A DNA stretch of 64,000 nucleotides from an uncultured archaeon. GTDB lineage: Archaea; Asgardarchaeota; Lokiarchaeia; Sigyniarchaeales; SOKP01. The position numbers and the translations under genes were made by a program. The notes under the pieces were generated by a model, which saw only the letters and a program-made list of their open reading frames with translations, made no database searches and was not told where the DNA came from. Where the stretch lies: contig CAYLZE010000011.1 in assembly GCA_964388035.1 (NCBI GenBank), forward strand, positions 21,329 to 85,328, in the 5' to 3' direction. Positions 59,228 through 64,000 of the stretch are shown piece after piece; position 1 is the stretch's first letter; every line of letters starts with the position of its first letter.

Positions 59228-59980
59228 ATGAAATTTCCAGCACACGAATTTGGATTAAATTCTTCCTATTTATATGAGGTTTTAGCCACTACACTATCAT
59301 TTACTGCGGATTTGAAAGAGTTCATTCCAAATACGTCTTGCATGGGTATTCGTCTTATAGAGGAAAATCTGATTAAGATGAGTCCCTATCCCGGCTCACA
59401 AACCTGCAAAAACATTGAGGAGACAGGACTGGTTTGCATTAATTTCGTAGATAACATTTATTTATTTGCTCTGGCGGCCTTAAAGGAACCAAAATCAACT
59501 TTTGCTATTAATTATTTTCCGTTGGAAAAATATAATTATCTTAATTTTGAAGATTTTTCAGAGCTTAAAGGTCTATTAAATCACTTCCCTAAGTTGGATG
59601 ATTTAAAGTATCCCATTATAGATGAAGCATGGGGGATATTAATTTGTGAAAAAGCGAAAGAAAATTTAATTTCTAAAGATAATCTTCTCGGAAGGTTAAA
59701 AATGAAAGAATTCTATTTCCAGATAAGATTTTATAAAAAGATGATAGACTCTCATAAGCTTTTTAATAGGTGTGAAAATTTAGTTTTGGAAATGTTGATA
59801 TTAGCTACCCGATTAAAGGCAGCAAAAAAACAAGAGAATGATAATTTATCCAATGAAATTCATGGAAAAATTTTAGATTTGATAGGAACGACTACTCGTT
59901 TTTGTAAAAATCAAGAAGCTATAAAATCCATCGATTTAATCAAGAAATATATGGACTATTGGAATAGTAAAATCATTTAA
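59228..59980 (+). CDS. DUF447 family protein
   Basis: YEVLATT...PNTSCMGI...PYPGSQT..N, FNR..NLVLE.LILATRL. Confidence 0.82.
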   Translation: MKFPAHEFGLNSSYLYEVLATTLSFTADLKEFIPNTSCMGIRLIEENLIKMSPYPGSQTCKNIEETGLVCINFVDNIYLFALAALKEPKSTFAINYFPLEKYNYLNFEDFSELKGLLNHFPKLDDLKYPIIDEAWGILICEKAKENLISKDNLLGRLKMKEFYFQIRFYKKMIDSHKLFNRCENLVLEMLILATRLKAAKKQENDNLSNEIHGKILDLIGTTTRFCKNQEAIKSIDLIKKYMDYWNSKII

Positions 59981-60368
59981 ATTCTTCTATTTCTTTAATA
60001 TACATCAAAGGGTATTCCAAATCCTTCATCCATTCTATTCTTGAAAGTACTCTAATGTCATCATATTCGATTATTACTTCGGCTTTTATGATCTTCCCCG
60101 TGATTTCATCATAATCAAATTCTCCCGATTTATCTCCTCGAATTTTTTCTCTATCCAAATTTACTTTTACGGCTTTAACATATGGCTGACAGGAAATAGC
60201 GGCTTCAATTCCCTTTTCGATTGGTATTAAGACTTCTTCTTTTAAGGCAATAGGCATTCCACATAAAATATGATACAATGCACCCAATTTTATCCCTGCC
60301 TCGAAACATGCGCGTTCTTTAGAGGAGAGGTCGGGTGAAAAATAGATATTTTCTTTTTTTTCCGGCAT
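59973..60368 (-). CDS. mptD: archaeal dihydroneopterin aldolase
   Basis: ERACFEAGIKLGALYH..CG.P, QPYV, LEYPLMYI. Confidence 0.9.
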   Translation of the reverse strand: MPEKKENIYFSPDLSSKERACFEAGIKLGALYHILCGMPIALKEEVLIPIEKGIEAAISCQPYVKAVKVNLDREKIRGDKSGEFDYDEITGKIIKAEVIIEYDDIRVLSRIEWMKDLEYPLMYIKEIEEFK

Positions 60369-60373
60369 GAGAA

Positions 60374-61402
60374 TTATTCCAAATACTCTATTTTAGCACC
60401 TGTATTATTTGGTTTGGATAAATATATATGTTCACCATTGCGTCCCAATTTTTCTTCCACCTCCAATTTCAACATTTTAGCTTCTTTATCTGATTCCGTT
60501 ATTCCAATCACGGAAGGTCCAAAAGATGACATCCCAAATGCTTTTACTCCGTGATCCTCGAAGAATTTGAGGAGATCTTTGACTATTTGATGCTGTAAAC
60601 TAATCTCGATCTTTTTAAAACCAATATTTTGAATTCTTTTTAAACCTTCTCCAAAACAAGATAAATCGTTCTTAATTATACCGGGTAAAATTTTCATGAG
60701 AGTTTGATGGGACACCTCATTTACCTCGTCCTTTTTAATTGGCGTGTAATCTTGGAATATACTGACTTCCTCATCTCCAAATGCCCCTTTCTTTACATTG
60801 GGGATCACGAGTACAAACCGCCAATTTTCTGGGATGGGGTATCTTAGTACTGTAAGTGCAGGCTCGGCGTTACATGAAGCTGAAGAAGGTAAAAATGAAT
60901 CTTTTTCCTTTCCGGTACCGAAATCGTGTCCCGCATCCAATATAAAACCACCTTGTTCGAAGCCTTTCCATCCAATTCCCGAAGTCCCTCCTCTTTGCAC
61001 TATTTTCGTCAATTTTCTAATGGAGATATCTTCATTTTTTAACCGGGCAATAGCAGTAGCAACGGCTAAACTGAGTTGGGTTTTGCTTCCTAAACCGACG
61101 TGGGAAGGATAATATCGCCTTAAATAAAAGGAAAAGTTTTTATTACTTATATTTAATGTCTTAAATACATTTGAAGCTTTTTCATTAATTACTTCGATAG
61201 ATTCTCGATAATACTTATTTGCTCTAATCTGGAATTGATCTGCAGAGTTACTAGCTTCAAAAATTACATTGGGACGGTCTAACATGAGACCAAAACCCCC
61301 ATCAACTCTACCACAATAGCCATTCTCATCTATTAACGAAAGATGGATTCTACAGGGAGCTGTAATTCGTAAAAGTTTCGACTTTTTAATATTTTGAGCC
61401 AT
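60374..61402 (-). CDS. mptG: beta-ribofuranosylaminobenzene 5'-phosphate synthase (GHMP family)
   Basis: PCRIHLSLID...RVDGG, HVGLGSKTQL, RGGTSGIG, DAGH, FLPSSAS, GMSSFGP. Confidence 0.93.
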   Translation of the reverse strand: MAQNIKKSKLLRITAPCRIHLSLIDENGYCGRVDGGFGLMLDRPNVIFEASNSADQFQIRANKYYRESIEVINEKASNVFKTLNISNKNFSFYLRRYYPSHVGLGSKTQLSLAVATAIARLKNEDISIRKLTKIVQRGGTSGIGWKGFEQGGFILDAGHDFGTGKEKDSFLPSSASCNAEPALTVLRYPIPENWRFVLVIPNVKKGAFGDEEVSIFQDYTPIKKDEVNEVSHQTLMKILPGIIKNDLSCFGEGLKRIQNIGFKKIEISLQHQIVKDLLKFFEDHGVKAFGMSSFGPSVIGITESDKEAKMLKLEVEEKLGRNGEHIYLSKPNNTGAKIEYLE

Positions 61403-61551
61403 TTTTGAAAGATTAATTGAATTTTTGGTTCAATTAATTAAAATTCTTATCAAGTAAATTTCTTTACAACTTATATTAAGAAACATGTCTAATATTTGAT
61501 ATTTCCAAAAAAAAGTTTGGGATTAAATTAAAGGGAAGGTAAAAAAAAGAT

Positions 61552-63636
61552 CTAAATTAAATACATGAAAATTAATATAAATCCAAAATTAATAATCCCG
61601 CCTATTAAAAGCGCGATGGCTATTTCCATGAAAGAGATTTGTATAGCATATTTCCAAGAGGTTTGCTTAGCTATTACGATGATCGTGGCAGCACAAGGAA
61701 TGTAGAGCATTGTTACTAATGAGAAGTTAATCATTTGAATCGGGGTTAACAATTGTATCAAGCTTAATCCAAGCGAATTAGCCAAAACGCTTAAAAGAAC
61801 AAGAGTTAATTCTTTCCGTAATATTCCATAGAGAAGGAAAACTCCCGTAATCGCAGGTAATCCCAACCAAAATACTGTAATTGGAGATAATATAACATTA
61901 ACAGGATCTAAAATATTAAATTGTAACATTATCTCCAATGCAATTCCAATAATTATTATCAATGGCATGGATTTATACACGAATTCTTTAGTCCTCATCC
62001 AAGTCTGCTTTAAAATTACTTCATAATTCGGTAATCGGAAATCGTGCATCTCCATGATCAGTTCTGTACACTCTCCGGGCATGATTTTATTTAAAATTCT
62101 CCCAACTATAATGATGACCGTGAAATTAATGAGAAAAAGCACAAGTACCCACCCCAATCCCAAATATCTTCCGACCAAGCCCATTACCACAGTCATCACG
62201 GCGGCGCAAGGAATGAGGGAAGTTAAGGCAACCGAAATCTTTTTTTCTCTTACTGTTTCCATTATGCGGCAGCCAGCACATGCCGGTACATTGCAACCAA
62301 AGCCCAAGATCATCGGGATGATGGTTTTTCCATGAACTCCAATGACATGCATGATTCTATCCATTAAAAATGCCGCTCTGGGTAAATATCCCGAATCCTG
62401 CAAAATTTCAATTATTAGGAAAAATGGAACCACATAAACTAAGACCCCACCTACAGCTCCAAAAAATCCTCCCACTCCTCCATCCCATAATATTTTAATT
62501 ACCATTGTATTTTCCCCATATTGTCCGTGAATCGTTCCCGTTAACGTTTCATAAAGTGTACTGAGCATTCCTCCTACATAATTACCTATCGAAAAGGTAA
62601 TTAAATATATTCCTAAAATTACTAAACAAAGAGTAACATATCCCCAAAATGAATGTGTCGTGAGGTGATCCAGACCATCTGCTAGTGAAGTTTTTGTCTT
62701 TTGCTTTTTTGTACTTTGTAGGACTACCTGAGACACAATTTTATTAATATTATTGTAGATTTCCGAAGAAATGATCGTGTTAATGTCTTCACCATGATAA
62801 TCTTCTAACTTCTTAATGGATTTTTTAGAATAATCAATTAAATTTCTTGTTTTTTCATTTGGTAAAAAAAGGTTTACGATTTCTTCATCATCTTCTAATA
62901 ATTTAATTGCTAAAAATCTAGGTGGGTATTTGTTTTCAATGGAAAGAACTCCATTTTCCATGATCATTTCACTTAAAGTGGTTACTTCTTTTTCCACTTC
63001 CTTCCCAAAAACAGTCAAGGAGGAAAGATCGGGAAAGGGATATCTTTTTTTTAAGGGAATAGAGGGCCCCGGCTTAACAAGTTCTATCGCTTTCTCAAGC
63101 AATTGATGCACTCCAGTTCCATGAACAGCAACAAGAGGCAACACGGGTAATTTAAATAATTCTTCAAACTTAGTAAAATCGATATCGATATTTCTTTTTC
63201 TCAGTATATCCATCTGATTGATCGCAAGAATCATGGGAACCTTTAATTCTAATAACTGAAAGGTAAAGAATAGATTTCTCTCCAGATTGGTCCCATCAAT
63301 AACATTAATTATAAGATCTGTTTCATCAGAAACGATGTATTCTCGGCTCACGATTTCTTCTAAGGAATAGGTAGAAAGGCTATATATTCCTGGGAGATCT
63401 ACGATATCAAAAAAATATCCTTTAAAATCGAGATACCCTTCCATTTTCTCTACTGTTTTACCAGGCCAATTTCCTATGGTCTGCGATAGCCCCGTCAATT
63501 GATTGAATATTGCTGATTTCCCCACATTCGGATTACCTGCTAAAGCTATCTTGATGGTGGGTCGATCTAATACATTTTCTTTTAGACTATTTTTTTTATC
63601 ATTTTTCTTTTTTAATTTAATCTTTCTAAATGGCAT
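61552..63636 (-). CDS. feoB: ferrous iron transporter B
   Basis: GNPNVGKS, GNWPGKTVE, DLPGIYSL, LERNL, DSGYLPRAAF, GFGCNVPA, YIPC. Confidence 0.96.
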   Translation of the reverse strand: MPFRKIKLKKKNDKKNSLKENVLDRPTIKIALAGNPNVGKSAIFNQLTGLSQTIGNWPGKTVEKMEGYLDFKGYFFDIVDLPGIYSLSTYSLEEIVSREYIVSDETDLIINVIDGTNLERNLFFTFQLLELKVPMILAINQMDILRKRNIDIDFTKFEELFKLPVLPLVAVHGTGVHQLLEKAIELVKPGPSIPLKKRYPFPDLSSLTVFGKEVEKEVTTLSEMIMENGVLSIENKYPPRFLAIKLLEDDEEIVNLFLPNEKTRNLIDYSKKSIKKLEDYHGEDINTIISSEIYNNINKIVSQVVLQSTKKQKTKTSLADGLDHLTTHSFWGYVTLCLVILGIYLITFSIGNYVGGMLSTLYETLTGTIHGQYGENTMVIKILWDGGVGGFFGAVGGVLVYVVPFFLIIEILQDSGYLPRAAFLMDRIMHVIGVHGKTIIPMILGFGCNVPACAGCRIMETVREKKISVALTSLIPCAAVMTVVMGLVGRYLGLGWVLVLFLINFTVIIIVGRILNKIMPGECTELIMEMHDFRLPNYEVILKQTWMRTKEFVYKSMPLIIIIGIALEIMLQFNILDPVNVILSPITVFWLGLPAITGVFLLYGILRKELTLVLLSVLANSLGLSLIQLLTPIQMINFSLVTMLYIPCAATIIVIAKQTSWKYAIQISFMEIAIALLIGGIINFGFILIFMYLI

Positions 63637-63645
63637 AAAATTTCA

Positions 63646-63813
63646 TTACTCCTCTTCCCGTCTTTTTATGTTTTTAATATTGAGTATAAATCCCAAATTA
63701 GCGAACTTGCTCTTAGCATTTCGAGCAGCATTAACTTGAATAATAAACAATTCCGTATCACATTCATATTTTGTAAGGCATTTAACTAAGGAAGGATCTT
63801 GCCATGATGTCAT
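63646..63813 (-). pseudogene. feoA: truncated FeoA-like ORF (55 aa, absent from ORF track)
   Basis: MTSWQDPSLVKCLTKYECDTELFIIQVNAARNAKSKFANLGFILNIKNIKRREEE matches the N-terminal half of FeoA and lies just upstream of feoB. Confidence 0.6.
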
Positions 63814-64000
63814 TTTTAATAGAAGTTTAGAATGAGCAATTTAGTTATTCCTAAATAAGAAGAATATTTCATCCAATATAAAATCTTTCTGTCATTAAAA
63901 TTTACTGAAAAAAAATATTTTTTTCTTCAGCGGTCAATTAGGGGGCGGTGGTTTACCTTTTTAGTGAATAAAGGTGATTAAAGGGCATTTGCCAATTTCC

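Noticed and set aside
770-63739. Numerous 60-130 aa ORFs overlapping longer genes
   Set aside because: Antisense or off-frame shadows of well-supported CDSs
63920-64000. GC-richer stretch with an ACCTTT/AAAGGT hairpin at the window end
   Set aside because: It is truncated by the window edge; I cannot distinguish a gene 3' end from a regulatory RNA

Overview
AT-rich (roughly 30% GC by eye), gene-dense archaeal chromosome segment. Gene content points to an Asgard archaeon, most likely Lokiarchaeia: archaeal-type tRNAs with BHB introns, MptA/MptD/MptG, CofG/CofH, and several bacterial-like accessory genes. Left to right it holds: the end of an SMC/Rad50-like ATPase followed by a MoxR AAA+/vWA pair; regulators, aroK and a missed Zn-ribbon microprotein; GH57; an apparently circularly permuted secreted phospholipase D; a D-aminoacylase pseudogene with three in-frame stops; tRNA-Asp and tRNA-Arg, each with an intron at a non-canonical position, flanking a 1266-aa surface protein with eight ~122-aa repeats; a methanopterin/F420 cofactor cluster (COG1665 NTase, mptA, amidohydrolase-arfC-cofG-cofH, DHPS-like, DUF1464) whose other half (DUF447, mptD, mptG) lies about 25 kb away; a glycyl-radical enzyme about 17.6 kb from its likely activase, with an accessory block between them; and feoB with a truncated feoA. 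I found no CRISPR array, rRNA, transposase or integrase. All family calls come from motif recognition, not database searches.
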